A stretch of 64,000 nt of DNA from Eledone cirrhosa (GCA_964016885.1 CAXHJY010001242.1:1-64000); one strand, 5' to 3'. Positions 13,464 to 35,558 are shown, counted from the first letter of the stretch. Notes: generated from the sequence alone by a model not told the origin. Made by a program: numbers and translations.

Positions 13464-14215
13464 GTATATTTATTGATAATAACAACAATTCAAAATATCA
13501 GTTCAAAATTGACCAATGAAAACACAAAGGGTTAAAAAGCAGTTTGGTGTGTGTATATACATGTAAAACCCTACACACATTTTACAATAATGTGTGTATA
13601 ATTTGTATGTGCATACTAAAAAGATGGATGCAAATAAAAAATTTCAAGGTTAATATCTCTGTAAGCTTAATGCGCTGATAAGATACGCAATGATACTTAT
13701 GGAGTCAAGCATATAAATATATTTTTTTCATACTCACACATATCAGTATAATCACACATACATGTGCGTATATATATAAATATACACATAACCACGAACA
13801 CACAAAACACACACACTCCCCCACTCACATTTATATATGTGGATATAAAATCATAAGCAAATAGAAATTAAGTCACTCACATAAACACACTGGTACACAC
13901 ATTTCAAGATCAAGACACAGAAACCAGGTGGGAGGGGGGGGGAGGGGTCAGCACCAGACTGTCAGACCAGACAGCCCAACACAAATGTATCTATAAATTA
14001 TGAAAAACAAAAAATAAAAACAATAAAATATAATACATATAATATAATGTACACACGCATACAGATACACACACACACACACATGCACGCGCACACAGAG
14101 ACATCCACACACACACACACACACACATACCTACACCGTCATACACACACACACACTTACACGAACACACACATACACATACAAAAAGACATAAACACGG
14201 ACACACACACGCGCA

Positions 14216-14266
<51 letters not shown>

Positions 14267-14643
14267 CACATATACATACACATACACACACACATAGACT
14301 CATATATATATACTTACACATACATATACTTATACACAAACATACATATCCCACACCCACACCACCATAAAAACACATACAAACATCCAGATGTATATAT
14401 ATATATATATATACACATATATATATATCAACATACACACACGTACACATATATGTATATATACATACACATATACACACATACACATATATATATACAC
14501 ACACACATAAAATACAGACATGCACATATATATATATATATATATATTTCATTACTCTTATATATACACATAGTATATATACATACACAACCTCACTTAT
14601 ACACATATACACATAAGTTATATTACAATAATAATAAAGAACA

Positions 14644-14674
<31 letters not shown>

Positions 14675-14813
14675 TATACACACATATACACATATACATA
14701 CATACACATACATATACATACATACATACACATACATACATACACCTAAATATAAACATATATAAATACACACATACGAGTAAAGACATATATTCACACA
14801 TAGACACCTATAT

Positions 14814-14855
<42 letters not shown>

Positions 14856-15202
14856 ATATACACACACATACACATACATACACACACATATATACATACA
14901 CATATACACACACGCACACACATACAGACACACATACACACTCACATATATATATATATATATATATATGTGTATGTGAGTGTGCGCAAATACATATATA
15001 TATATACACACACACACACAAACACACACAAACACACACATATGCACACGTGCACACACACACACATATATCACACAGATACGAAGATAAACATACAAAC
15101 AGAGAGACACACAAATATATACAGAACCCACATACACATACATACAAACACGCACATACATACACATACATATATACACACATACATATTCCTATACACA
15201 AG

Positions 15203-15239
<37 letters not shown>

Positions 15240-16826
15240 ATATACATACCACACATTCACATACACGTACATATATAATACATATATATACACATATATA
15301 CATACATATGTATGTACAATCATATATACACACTCAATCTTACATTCATATTTACATGCTCATATATGTATTTTTATATTTAGAAATAAATACCAAAAAA
15401 ACTATATAGACACCCATCTACACATATATTCATACATATACACTTACAAAAACAGATGATAATAGTATGGGGGAAAGGGGGGGTTTGGAGAAGGGGATCA
15501 AAGTAAATATATGTTTCAAGAAACATATAATATTTTCCATATCTTAATTCAATGTATGTTCCTACATATTTTCCGTGCTAGGAAATACGAAATCTATGCA
15601 TCACAAAATAAAAAAGTATACCATTAATCATATGTCAACTAAACCAAAGATAGTCAACATATTGATTTCCAAGGTGTAAATTAGTTAGGTTTATAATATT
15701 TGAAGCAGAATTATGAAGTCAAACAGTAGTAGATTATTAATTACATTATAACTAAATTAAAGTTAATAACGTTATGGTATCAATATTAGGAGATGAATTT
15801 AGTAATAGGGAAAAGAAACCCAAATAAAAATAAAATAAAGTATTACATCGGTAGTAGCATATAAATTATATGTTAACTAAGTTAAAAATTATATATTTAT
15901 TTCAATAGTATATGTTAATTAGTATATGTTAATTAGGTATACAATACATAAAGCAGATATTGTATTTCATCAATAGCATAATATAATTATATGCAAATAA
16001 AAATCAAAATTAATACGCATACATATACATATACATACACATACACATACATATATATATACATACACATATATATATATATATATACATATATATACAC
16101 ATACATACATATATAATCACATAAATATACATACAGATACACATACAACACACACATATACATATACATATAGATATACATATCTTATTCAAAAAATTTG
16201 CACAGAATATATTAACTAGGTATATATCCAAAAACACCTCCCATTCTATGATTACATGACATTCTGTAATTCGTCTGTACAAGGATACTAATTTTAAGCA
16301 AATTAAAATTAAAATTAAAGTTTTAGGTTGATTAAAGCTAAAACCAAATAATAAATATATTTCCAAAATGTATATTAATTAGGTCAATAATACTAAAAAT
16401 TCTTTCTCCGTCATAGGATACATGATATTATGCATACCAATTATAACACATATATACCCTAGAAACGATCGTTAAATAGTGAACTTTTTTTGTTTAATAT
16501 AAGGAATTGTTTGTTCATTATTTGTTTAATATTTTATCTTGACTCTGTATACCGTTTATCTTTCACCGAAATTGGATTTTCATTACATCTCTTCTTTCCA
16601 TGATATCCGGAATACATTGAGTTCTTCATACGGATTGGACACTACCGTAAACTCTTGGTAGATTTATCTACATAATTTTGCTCCTATTTTCACGGAAATA
16701 TTCGTATTTTTGTACTGTATGTGTGTATTAATTTTATATTTATGTATAAACATATATATATGTATGATTTTGTAAACCCATATACATTTAGTTGAGCTCT
16801 TTCAATTGTCCATCATCCATATCACA

Positions 16827-19268
16827 ATGGAAAAACAATATTTAGGAACCTCCTTGAAAAACATACCAATACCTTCTAAGGACGACTTCTTACTCCTTAT
16901 GATTCAGAAAACTAATAATTTTATCAGAAGGGTTAGATGGAGAGCCTACCACTTTGATAGAAAATCTAAACAAGCAGATCGGAAATATATGTATGATTTC
17001 AACACTTACAAGAATCCACCACACAACTTTTTACTTGAAGACTTCGAGAAAGACCTTTTTAATTTAATTAAACACCTCAAATTTAAAAAGTATAAATCCG
17101 TCTTTCAAAAGGACCTTGATTCTACCCTATTGGACCTAAAAAAGTCTAAAAAAATCCATGTCCACTCGGACAAAACTGGTAACTTGTATCATATGGATAT
17201 TGAACATTATAATGAGTTCATATATAAAGAACTCAGAAAAAATTATAAAAAATCTAATAATGCGTCACTCACCAACATCAACAACAAAACACACAACATA
17301 GTAAAAAAACTAAATATTGAAGATAGAACTGAACCTTTGGCATTGAGAAGTCCACACTTCAACCTGAAAGATCACAAATCTAACTTTAACTCTAATCCTT
17401 CTATTAGACTTATATGTCCCTCCAAATCAGATATTGGAATAATTAGCAAAAAAATTTTAGATAGAGTCATCCCACAAATAAGAAAATACGTTATTTTACC
17501 ACTCTGGGAAAACACCTCCCAGGTAATTAATTGGTTTAAAAATATTAGGTGTAAATCTTCTGCTTCTTTCCTACAGTTTGATATAGATAATTATTATTCT
17601 TCTATATCACCCATACTCCTGAACAAAGCATTAATATTTGCTAAAAATAGATCTAATTTAACTTCGGATGACATTAACATTATTACACATGCTGGACAAA
17701 CACTTATTGAATTTCAGAATGAATACTGGACCAGAAACACTTATAGTAATCTTTTTGATATTACTATGGGTTCAAGCGATTCTGCCCAAATTACTGATCT
17801 TGTGGGCCTCTTTCTCCTTTTCAACATAAATGCCTCTTTTCCCCACCTCAAAGGTGGTTTATATCGTGATGACTGTCTTCTTCTTTCTAACAACCTTAGC
17901 CTTTCAGAAATCGAAAAAAACAAAAAGCATATTAGAACTTTCCTTAAAGACTATTATAATCTTAATATTACTTTTGAAAAAACAAGTAAAGTAGTAAATT
18001 TCCTAGATATAACTTTAGATTTAGCTACGGGTATATACCAACCTTACCATAAACCTAACCAAAACTTACATTATATACACTCACAATCTAATCACCCTAA
18101 ATCTATCCTTAAAAACCTTGCATATAATATATCACTTAGAATTTCTAACCTTTCTTCTAACCAAGATGTATTTGATAAAAATGCGACCTTTTATAATGAA
18201 GCTCTAGATAGAAGTGGCCACAAAAATAGATTAGAGTATATACCTTCTACTAAAAATACTGAAAGCATACAGCATAATATTACCAACAAACACCAAATGA
18301 AAAGTACACACCTAAATGCCACCCACAGTATACCCCAAAATACTAAATCTTCTAATATAAAGTATAGTAACCCTCAAAAAACTACTCATCATAAGACTAT
18401 AATAAATATTAATAATAAAACTCCTAATAAAAAAGATAAAACACCTAAATCTACAAATATAACTAAAAATAGTTGTGGTGAGATCATTAACATTATTCCT
18501 CCTAGTAAAAATCATGATACAACATATAAAAATAATAAAAATAATAAACAACATAGAAACCGTAATAGACGAGTTACTTGGTATAATGCTCCTTTTAATT
18601 TACAAGTTAAGGATAATATTGCTAAAAAATTTTTTTATATCCTTGAGAAAAACTTCCCGCCAAACCACAAATACCATCAAATCTTAAATAGGTCTACAGT
18701 TAAATTCTCATATTCTACAACAAATAACATAAAACAAAATATAAGTGCATATAATGCATATAAATGTAAGAAAACTATAAGTATACCACCAGTACATCAA
18801 ATTAACAATAATATCTCCTCAAATACAGAATTAACGAAAGGATGTAACTGTAGAAACAAAACAAACTGCCCATTAAAAGGGAATTGTCTTGTTAACAACA
18901 TAGTCTATAAATGTAATGTTAAAACTAAAGATTCTATTTGCTCATATATAGGAGCTACCTCTAACAATTTTAAGACAAGGTATAATACCCACAAACATAG
19001 CTTTAAAAATGCCGCACTGGCTAATACAACATCTCTAGCAGAAAAAATCAATAGTTATAAAAATAAAAATATAAAATATGATTTGACCTGGAGTGTGCTC
19101 AAAAGAGCCACCCCTTATCAAAATAATAGAAAGGAATGTAGATTATGTTCCCAAGAACTATTTGAAATAATGAAGTCTAGGGATATCTTATTAAATAAAA
19201 GACAGGAATTAATTATATCGTGTAATCATAAACTAAAAAAAACATTTAAATATTATAAACCTAATTAA
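16827..19268 (+). CDS. Naiad-type PLE polyprotein: reverse transcriptase + CxC zinc motif + GIY-YIG endonuclease (813 aa from first ATG)
   Basis: N-terminal SLKNIPIPS, DKT motif, RT motifs FDI..YYSSI, MGSSDSA, YRDD and FLDITL, TWYNAPF, CNCRNKTNCPLKGNC, NIVY...YIG, CRLC, LLNKRQEL..CNH. No internal stop. Confidence 0.93.
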   Translation: MEKQYLGTSLKNIPIPSKDDFLLLMIQKTNNFIRRVRWRAYHFDRKSKQADRKYMYDFNTYKNPPHNFLLEDFEKDLFNLIKHLKFKKYKSVFQKDLDSTLLDLKKSKKIHVHSDKTGNLYHMDIEHYNEFIYKELRKNYKKSNNASLTNINNKTHNIVKKLNIEDRTEPLALRSPHFNLKDHKSNFNSNPSIRLICPSKSDIGIISKKILDRVIPQIRKYVILPLWENTSQVINWFKNIRCKSSASFLQFDIDNYYSSISPILLNKALIFAKNRSNLTSDDINIITHAGQTLIEFQNEYWTRNTYSNLFDITMGSSDSAQITDLVGLFLLFNINASFPHLKGGLYRDDCLLLSNNLSLSEIEKNKKHIRTFLKDYYNLNITFEKTSKVVNFLDITLDLATGIYQPYHKPNQNLHYIHSQSNHPKSILKNLAYNISLRISNLSSNQDVFDKNATFYNEALDRSGHKNRLEYIPSTKNTESIQHNITNKHQMKSTHLNATHSIPQNTKSSNIKYSNPQKTTHHKTIININNKTPNKKDKTPKSTNITKNSCGEIINIIPPSKNHDTTYKNNKNNKQHRNRNRRVTWYNAPFNLQVKDNIAKKFFYILEKNFPPNHKYHQILNRSTVKFSYSTTNNIKQNISAYNAYKCKKTISIPPVHQINNNISSNTELTKGCNCRNKTNCPLKGNCLVNNIVYKCNVKTKDSICSYIGATSNNFKTRYNTHKHSFKNAALANTTSLAEKINSYKNKNIKYDLTWSVLKRATPYQNNRKECRLCSQELFEIMKSRDILLNKRQELIISCNHKLKKTFKYYKPN

Positions 19269-20743
19269 TAACATTATTCTAGAATTTAATTTAATTTAAA
19301 TGTTAGTTAACCTATAAATTTAATTTAATTAATATTTTATTACAGATGAGAAAATATTATGTAATCATTAATTTTGAAAAACCTTTAAATATTACTAATA
19401 TATATTCAGTAATTTAATTTATAGATTAATTTTAACTTATTTTAACCTTTTATTATAATTTTTTAATTTAGTTTAACCTTTTATTATAATTTTTTTTTTT
19501 TTTTTTTTTTTTTTTTATTATAATTCTTTTACAGATAAAATATAACAAAATAATATCATGTATCCTATGACGGAGAAAGAATTTTTAGTATTATTGACCT
19601 AATTAATATACATTTTGGAAATATATTTATTATTTGGTTTTAGCTTTAATCAACCTAAAACTTTAATTTTAATTTTAATTTGCTTAAAATTAGTATCCTT
19701 GTACAGACGAATTACAGAATGTCATGTAATCATAGAATGGGAGGTGTTTTTGGATATATACCTAGTTAATATATTCTGTGCAAATTTTTTGAATAAGATA
19801 TGTATATCTATATGTATATGTATATGTGTGTGTTGTATGTGTATCTGTATGTATATTTATGTGATTATATATGTATGTATGTGTATATATATGTATATAT
19901 ATATATATATATGTGTATGTATATGTATATGTATGTGTATGTGTATGTATATGTATATGTATGCGTATTAATTTTGATTTTTATTTGCATATAATTATAT
20001 TATGCTATTGATGAAATACAATATCTGCTTTATGTATTGTATACCTAATTAACATATACTAATTAACATATACTATTGAAATAAATATATAATTTTTAAC
20101 TTAGTTAACATATAATTTATATGCTACTACCGATGTAATACTTTATTTTATTTTTATTTGGGTTTCTTTTCCCTATTACTAAATTCATCTCCTAATATTG
20201 ATACCATAACGTTATTAACTTTAATTTAGTTATAATGTAATTAATAATCTACTACTGTTTGACTTCATAATTCTGCTTCAAATATTATAAACCTAACTAA
20301 TTTACACCTTGGAAATCAATATGTTGACTATCTTTGGTTTAGTTGACATATGATTAATGGTATACTTTTTTATTTTGTGATGCATAGATTTCGTATTTCC
20401 TAGCACGGAAAATATGTAGGAACATACATTGAATTAAGATATGGAAAATATTATATGTTTCTTGAAACATATATTTACTTTGATCCCCTTCTCCAAACCC
20501 CCCCTTTCCCCCATACTATTATCATCTGTTTTTGTAAGTGTATATGTATGAATATATGTGTAGATGGGTGTCTATATAGTTTTTTTTTGGTATTTATTTC
20601 TAAATATAAAAATACATATATGAGCATGTAAATATGAATGTAAGATTGAGTGTGTATATATGATTGTACATACATATGTATGTATATATGTGTATATATA
20701 TGTATTATATATGTACGTGTATGTGAATGTGTGGTATGTATAT

Positions 20744-20780
<37 letters not shown>

Positions 20781-21127
20781 CTTGTGTATAGGAATATGTA
20801 TGTGTGTATATATGTATGTGTATGTATGTGCGTGTTTGTATGTATGTGTATGTGGGTTCTGTATATATTTGTGTGTCTCTCTGTTTGTATGTTTATCTTC
20901 GTATCTGTGTGATATATGTGTGTGTGTGTGCACGTGTGCATATGTGTGTGTTTGTGTGTGTTTGTGTGTGTGTGTGTATATATATATATGTATTTGCGCA
21001 CACTCACATACACATATATATATATATATATATATATGTGAGTGTGTATGTGTGTCTGTATGTGTGTGCGTGTGTGTATATGTGTATGTATATATGTGTG
21101 TGTATGTATGTGTATGTGTGTGTATAT

Positions 21128-21165
<38 letters not shown>

Positions 21166-21304
21166 ATATAGGTGTCTATGTGTGAATATATGTCTTTACT
21201 CGTATGTGTGTATTTATATATGTTTATATTTAGGTGTATGTATGTATGTGTATGTATGTATGTATATGTATGTGTATGTATGTATATGTGTATATGTGTG
21301 TATA

Positions 21305-21335
<31 letters not shown>

Positions 21336-21712
21336 TGTTCTTTATTATTATTGTAATATAACTTATGTGTATATGTGTATAAGTGAGGTTGTGTATGTAT
21401 ATATACTATGTGTATATATAAGAGTAATGAAATATATATATATATATATATATGTGCATGTCTGTATTTTATGTGTGTGTGTATATATATATGTGTATGT
21501 GTGTATATGTGTATGTATATATACATATATGTGTACGTGTGTGTATGTTGATATATATATATGTGTATATATATATATATATATACATCTGGATGTTTGT
21601 ATGTGTTTTTATGGTGGTGTGGGTGTGGGATATGTATGTTTGTGTATAAGTATATGTATGTGTAAGTATATATATATGAGTCTATGTGTGTGTGTATGTG
21701 TATGTATATGTG

Positions 21713-21763
<51 letters not shown>

Positions 21764-22518
21764 TGCGCGTGTGTGTGTCCGTGTTTATGTCTTTTTGTAT
21801 GTGTATGTGTGTGTTCGTGTAAGTGTGTGTGTGTGTATGACGGTGTAGGTATGTGTGTGTGTGTGTGTGTGTGGATGTCTCTGTGTGCGCGTGCATGTGT
21901 GTGTGTGTGTGTGTATCTGTATGCGTGTGTACATTATATTATATGTATTATATTTTATTGTTTTTATTTTTTTGTTTTTCATAATTTATAGATACATTTG
22001 TGTTGGGCTGTCTGGTCTGACAGTCTGGTGCTGACCCCTCCCCCCCCCTCCCACCTGGTTTCTGTGTCTTGATCTTGAAATGTGTGTACCAGTGTGTTTA
22101 TGTGAGTGACTTAATTTCTATTTGCTTATGATTTTATATCCACATATATAAATGTGAGTGGGGGAGTGTGTGTGTTTTGTGTGTTCGTGGTTATGTGTAT
22201 ATTTATATATATACGCACATGTATGTGTGATTATACTGATATGTGTGAGTATGAAAAAAATATATTTATATGCTTGACTCCATAAGTATCATTGCGTATC
22301 TTATCAGCGCATTAAGCTTACAGAGATATTAACCTTGAAATTTTTTATTTGCATCCATCTTTTTAGTATGCACATACAAATTATACACACATTATTGTAA
22401 AATGTGTGTAGGGTTTTACATGTATATACACACACCAAACTGCTTTTTAACCCTTTGTGTTTTCATTGGTCAATTTTGAACTGATATTTTGAATTGTTGT
22501 TATTATCAATAAATATAC

Positions 22519-22673
22519 TTCATTATTTCTGAAGACGGCGTATATATGAGTTAGGTATGTATATTTAATCTTGATAATTTGTATAATTTTGTATAATTTT
22601 GTACATAGATCTGTTAAATATGCATACCAATTATAACACATATATACCCTAGAAACGATCGTTAAATAGTGAA
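22519..22673 (+). ncRNA. Type I hammerhead with 116-nt stem II (family 4, B 3' pLTR)
   Basis: ttcattattt CTGAAGA ... gtatatatg/catatatac, ggtatgtatattt/aaatatgcatacc ... GAAA cgatcg TT aaatagtgaa. Confidence 0.8.
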
Positions 22674-22864
22674 CTTTTTTTGTTTAATATAAGGAATTGT
22701 TTGTTCATTATTTGTTTAATATTTTATCTTGACTCTGTATACCGTTTATCTTTCACCGAAATTGGATTTTCATTACATCTCTTCTTTCCATGATATCCGG
22801 AATACATTGAGTTCTTCATACGGATTGGACACTACCGTAAACTCTTGGTAGATTTATCTACATA

Positions 22865-26141
<3,277 letters not shown>

Positions 26142-26150
26142 TATATATAT

Positions 26151-26182
<32 letters not shown>

Positions 26183-26213
26183 ATATATAATATATATATG
26201 TTACATATATATA

Positions 26214-26252
<39 letters not shown>

Positions 26253-26259
26253 ACATATA

Positions 26260-26309
<50 letters not shown>

Positions 26310-26351
26310 TACATTATATATATATATATATATATATGTTACATATATATA

Positions 26352-26387
<36 letters not shown>

Positions 26388-26456
26388 TACATATATATAT
26401 ATATATATTATATACAATATTAAATAGATGGAAAACTATATTTATAAAACCATATT

Positions 26457-26521
26457 TATTTCATTATATATATTTCGGGGATATCATATTAACAATATGC
26501 TATGCTTCATCAGACAAAATA
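26457..26521 (-). ncRNA. Type I hammerhead (family 2)
   Basis: Reverse complement: tattttgt CTGATGA ... GAAA tatata TA atgaaata. Confidence 0.72.
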
Positions 26522-27640
26522 CAATATAAACAGTTTTATAGATAAATATATTCGACATACCGTAATAAACATCAACTTCATTTGAAGAGGTTCACTCTAG
26601 CAGTGAAAATACAGAGAGAAAGAAAGAGAGAGAGAAAAGAGGGAAATAAGAAAGAAAGAAAGACAAAACGAAGAGAAAAGGAAGAAAAAGAAGAAAAAGA
26701 AGAAATGCATGGGACAAAATAGAGAGATGTGATTTGCTAGATGTGATTTGATAGATAATTTTTGGCTTTGTCTTGTAGTGAACTTGGCAATATATTGTCA
26801 ATTAACCTTGAAGGGTTGTTCTTTGTGGTTTATTTTTATTTTCATTTTTATTTTTATTTTTATTTTTATTTTTATTTTTATTTTTATTTTTATTTTTATT
26901 TTTATTTTTATTTTTATTCTTTTAGTATTGTAGTATTCTATAATATTTTTATATTTTTATTTTTTATTTTATTTTATTTTTATTTTTAATATTTTTATAT
27001 GTAAATTTTTTTTTTTATATGTAAATTTTTATTTTTTTAATTATTTTTAATATTTTTAATATTTTTATATGTAAAGTTTTAATACGTAATATTTTTAATA
27101 CGTAGTATTTTTAATATGCAATATTTTTATTATGTAATATTCTTTCGTAATATTCTCTTTTTTAGTTTTCTATTCTATATTTTTATATTTTTATATATTT
27201 TTACTTATTATCATTATTATTGTTATCTCTGCTTATAATATAATATATATTTTCGATTAGTATATTGAAATCTGCTCTCTATTTCTGCTTGATAGATAAT
27301 CTTGTAGAGTAATCGCAAAATAATAATACGCTCAAATTTGTATACCACATTGAGAATGTTTTCCGGTAACTTTGAATTTGCGGAGTGAATCAGTTGGATT
27401 CACATAGACATATGAATTTTTTTTAAAAACTAAACATAAGATAATGAATTTTCACGCATTGTGAATACTTGTTTCATTCAGGAATACTGATATTTACAAT
27501 ATAGTGTAAGTTTTATAAATACTAATACATTAAAACATAGGGTTTTCTACGCCTCGAATATGTCTGGCTATTTTTAAATTTTTCTCTCTCTATATCTCTC
27601 TATATCTCTCTATATATCTCCCTTACATTAATACTTGAGC

Positions 27641-27679
<39 letters not shown>

Positions 27680-28046
27680 ATGCATCATTGATACACTTAC
27701 TCAAAATGACCTCCCACTACCTAATTTTTCTATATCTATATTTATATATGTATCTATCTCTATTTCCTCTCTCTCTCTATATATATATATATCTCTTTCG
27801 GTCTCTTTACATGAAGCTCTTCGCTTTATCTATTGTTCCATCTCTCTATTTTGTCCCATGCATTTCTTCTTTCTCTTCTTTTTCTTCCTTTTCTCTTCGT
27901 TTTGTCTTTCTTTCTTTCTTATTTCCCTCTTTTCTCTCTCTCTTTCTTTCTCTCTGTATTTTCACTGCTAGAGTGAACCTCTTCAAATGAAGTTGATGTT
28001 TATTACGGTATGTCGAATATATTTATCTATAAAACTGTTTATATTG

Positions 28047-28112
28047 TATTTTGTCTGATGAAGGCATAGCATATTGTTAATATGATATCCCCGAAATATA
28101 TATAATGAAATA
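28047..28112 (+). ncRNA. Type I hammerhead (family 2)
   Basis: tattttgt CTGATGA aggcatagcatatt-gtt-aatatgatatcccc GAAA tatata TA atgaaata. Confidence 0.75.
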
Positions 28113-28243
28113 AATATGGTTTTATAAATATAGTTTTCCATTTATTTAATATTGTAAATATACTCCAAGTATTTGTCGAGTGCTTTTATATCAGTTATAA
28201 ATATTTACTAGTTGTAACCCAACAATTTTAAATATAACTTTAC

Positions 28244-32538
<4,295 letters not shown>

Positions 32539-33008
32539 CTAGCCAATTTTAGAATTCCCTTTTCGGCTTATAATACTGTGGTAGCCCTGGTTATCTGTTG
32601 AGCTCTGCTGACGATTGAAATACAACCGTGACCATCTCCACTGAAAGTGTTCATGGAATAGTCCTTTAAGAGCATTTGATGTTACAGAGCATTTGATGTT
32701 ATTCCAAATTGAAGGATAAGTGTTTTAAACTTTATTTTATCATGAGTTAAAGGTCTATTGATTTTTCCCTGAATTTCACTAAATTCTATGGATGAATTTG
32801 TATCCTGATTCTCTTTTGAGATGAGTTTGAATTATTTTTCCTAAATCTTACGTTAACTACTTTTCCCATCTTGACGACATAGTCGCATATATGTTATAGA
32901 ATACTATTAGCTTCTCGCTAAAACAATTTCTATACCTTTCATTTATATAATATATATATATATAATATATACATATATATAATATATATATATATATATA
33001 TAATATAT

Positions 33009-33058
<50 letters not shown>

Positions 33059-33621
33059 GTATTTCATATTACTACTACCTCCACTAACGTTGAGAACAAA
33101 CCGGGTCATTCCGACTGCTGCTAGCAATAGCGGTGGCTAGTTTGACCTACCTCCTTTTGCCTCTATCTTTGCTACGGCCCTTGATAAACCTGTTCTACAT
33201 CATCCACTCTCATCCCAGGAACAGTTTTTGATAGCGCTAGTTTGTGATTTAAATTCAGGAATGTTATATTCTTTGAATGAAAAGAACCTTCTGACGAGAA
33301 TCTTTCTTTGCAACGAAGGCTGTATGGTCTCCGTTTTATTTTTGGGATTCGAAACCGATCGGTAAAGGAAACTATAGTAGGTAAAGTCAATTTTTTAAAA
33401 TTTATTTTGAAACTTTTTCATCATTTACTAAACCTTGTTTATATAATATATATATATATATATAATATATATATATAACATATATATATAATATATATAT
33501 ATAATATATATATATATAATATATATATATATATAATATATATACATATATATATAATATATATATATATATAATATATATATATATATATAATATATAT
33601 ATATATATATAATATATATAT

Positions 33622-33685
<64 letters not shown>

Positions 33686-34054
33686 ATATATTATATATAT
33701 ATATCTTTATATACATAAAAGCGAGGATGTGTGTGTGTCTGTGTACAACTTTTACAATTACCAACTGAATTCACAAAATGTTCTGTGTAACGTTGCACAC
33801 GTCGCTAAGATTGTCACATCACAAACATTTTCCAAATCGACCCACGTTGAGCAATAAAAAATCGATAGCAAAATTATCGGTAGCAAAATTGATGTAACGG
33901 AGATAATCAACTTTATTGACAATCCTTATAAAAAAGGGAGTTAACCAAATTTATTGACAATCCTTATAAAGAGACTGCTTATTTTGACAGGTTGGGGACA
34001 AATAATGTTCTTTTACTTCCTGGCTGTATACTCTTATCATAATTTCTGATAGTT

Positions 34055-34151
<97 letters not shown>

Positions 34152-34508
34152 CATATATATATATACATGCTTATATAAACTCAAATACACATATTTAATT
34201 AAAAGTAATATATATGTATATATATATATATTCACACATATATATATATATAATAAATGTAATCTGAGTTTTTCGAATATGAGTTTTTTGAATAAGCACC
34301 AAAAAGTGCGAAACAGCGCTCTGTCAGCTTTATTTCCCCTGTTTGCTGAATTTTAAAGTAAGTGAGACTGTCACTACTCTAGAACAATAGCGTAAGGTCT
34401 TCGAAATGCGTTTAATTAAGCATACAGTGTATTGCATAATATACTATATATACATTCATACATATATATATATATATGTAAACATTATATATATATATAT
34501 ATAAACAT

Positions 34509-34544
<36 letters not shown>

Positions 34545-34625
34545 ATTATATATATATATATATATATATTATATTTATATATATATATATATATATTATA
34601 TTTATATATATATATATATATATTA

Positions 34626-34872
<247 letters not shown>

Positions 34873-35391
34873 TATGCTTGAGTTTATATATGTTTGAATG
34901 TACGTATATTTTGTTATTATTTGTGGAGTGAAAGACTCCTAGTCTTCAAAATGACATCCTCTATGTGAAGATCACTCTCATATAAAACATGGGACATTGT
35001 TTGCATCCCACGGTGAAGACCTGTACTACCTTTTGGGCAAATAGTTTGGATATTCTGAGAGTCGGATTGGCTCCGTGCATAGCGTTTCCTCACTTGGAAA
35101 ACTTCAATCGCAGGTATCGTTTGATATGTGGCATTTTTGTGATGCATGGTTATACAGGCTAGTCTCTAGCATGACTAAAAGCCCACGTCTATTATGCTCA
35201 TGCCCAAGTATCAAGCGATGGCATTACTCGAATTGCGGCCATCTTCATGTATGTGTACGTATTTGTATGTCTGTGCCTGCGTGTGTGTCAATAATCGCTG
35301 TGTTGAAAAAATATATTTGCTCGCGTGTTACAACACTCTCAAGAAGAATTTTAATTGTTACTTATCGACCAGGTACAATATTTGTATTTTG

Positions 35392-35452
<61 letters not shown>

Positions 35453-35558
35453 CACTAGTAGTAATATTATTTATATTATTATTATTATTATTAGTAGTAG
35501 TAGTAGTAGTTTGTAGTAGTAGTAGTAGTAGTAGTATTATTATTATTATTATTATTAT

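Larger units (their letters stand above)
13255..22864 (+). mobile_element. Penelope-like element B (Naiad type), young: 3.18-kb inverted 3' copy (13255-16430) + partial 5' pLTR (16429-16674) + intact ORF + ~3.2-kb microsatellite-rich 3' UTR + 3' pLTR
   Basis: 13255-16430 is the reverse complement of 19551-22727, near-identical except for microsatellite lengths. 16429-16674 is directly repeated at 22619-22864. Confidence 0.93.
26413..28243 (+). mobile_element. Non-coding PLE-type element, hammerhead family 2, with ~317-bp terminal inversion (26413-26729 vs 27839-28156)
   Basis: Inverted arms, an AT-rich non-coding interior, a 3' end homologous to 2383-2617, and (TA)n flanks. Confidence 0.78.

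Noticed and set aside
16827-19400. Selenoprotein/SECIS, known in some Naiad PLEs
   Set aside because: The intact ORF has no in-frame TGA and the CxC/CxxC cysteines use TGT/TGC. The TGA at 11363 in A comes from a 1-nt insertion. No convincing SECIS fold is seen after the stop.
32540-33400. Possible decayed PLE GIY-YIG fragment and ctgacga motif
   Set aside because: Only a faint resemblance (CDYVVKMGKVVNVRF) and no consistent stems; needs a profile search.
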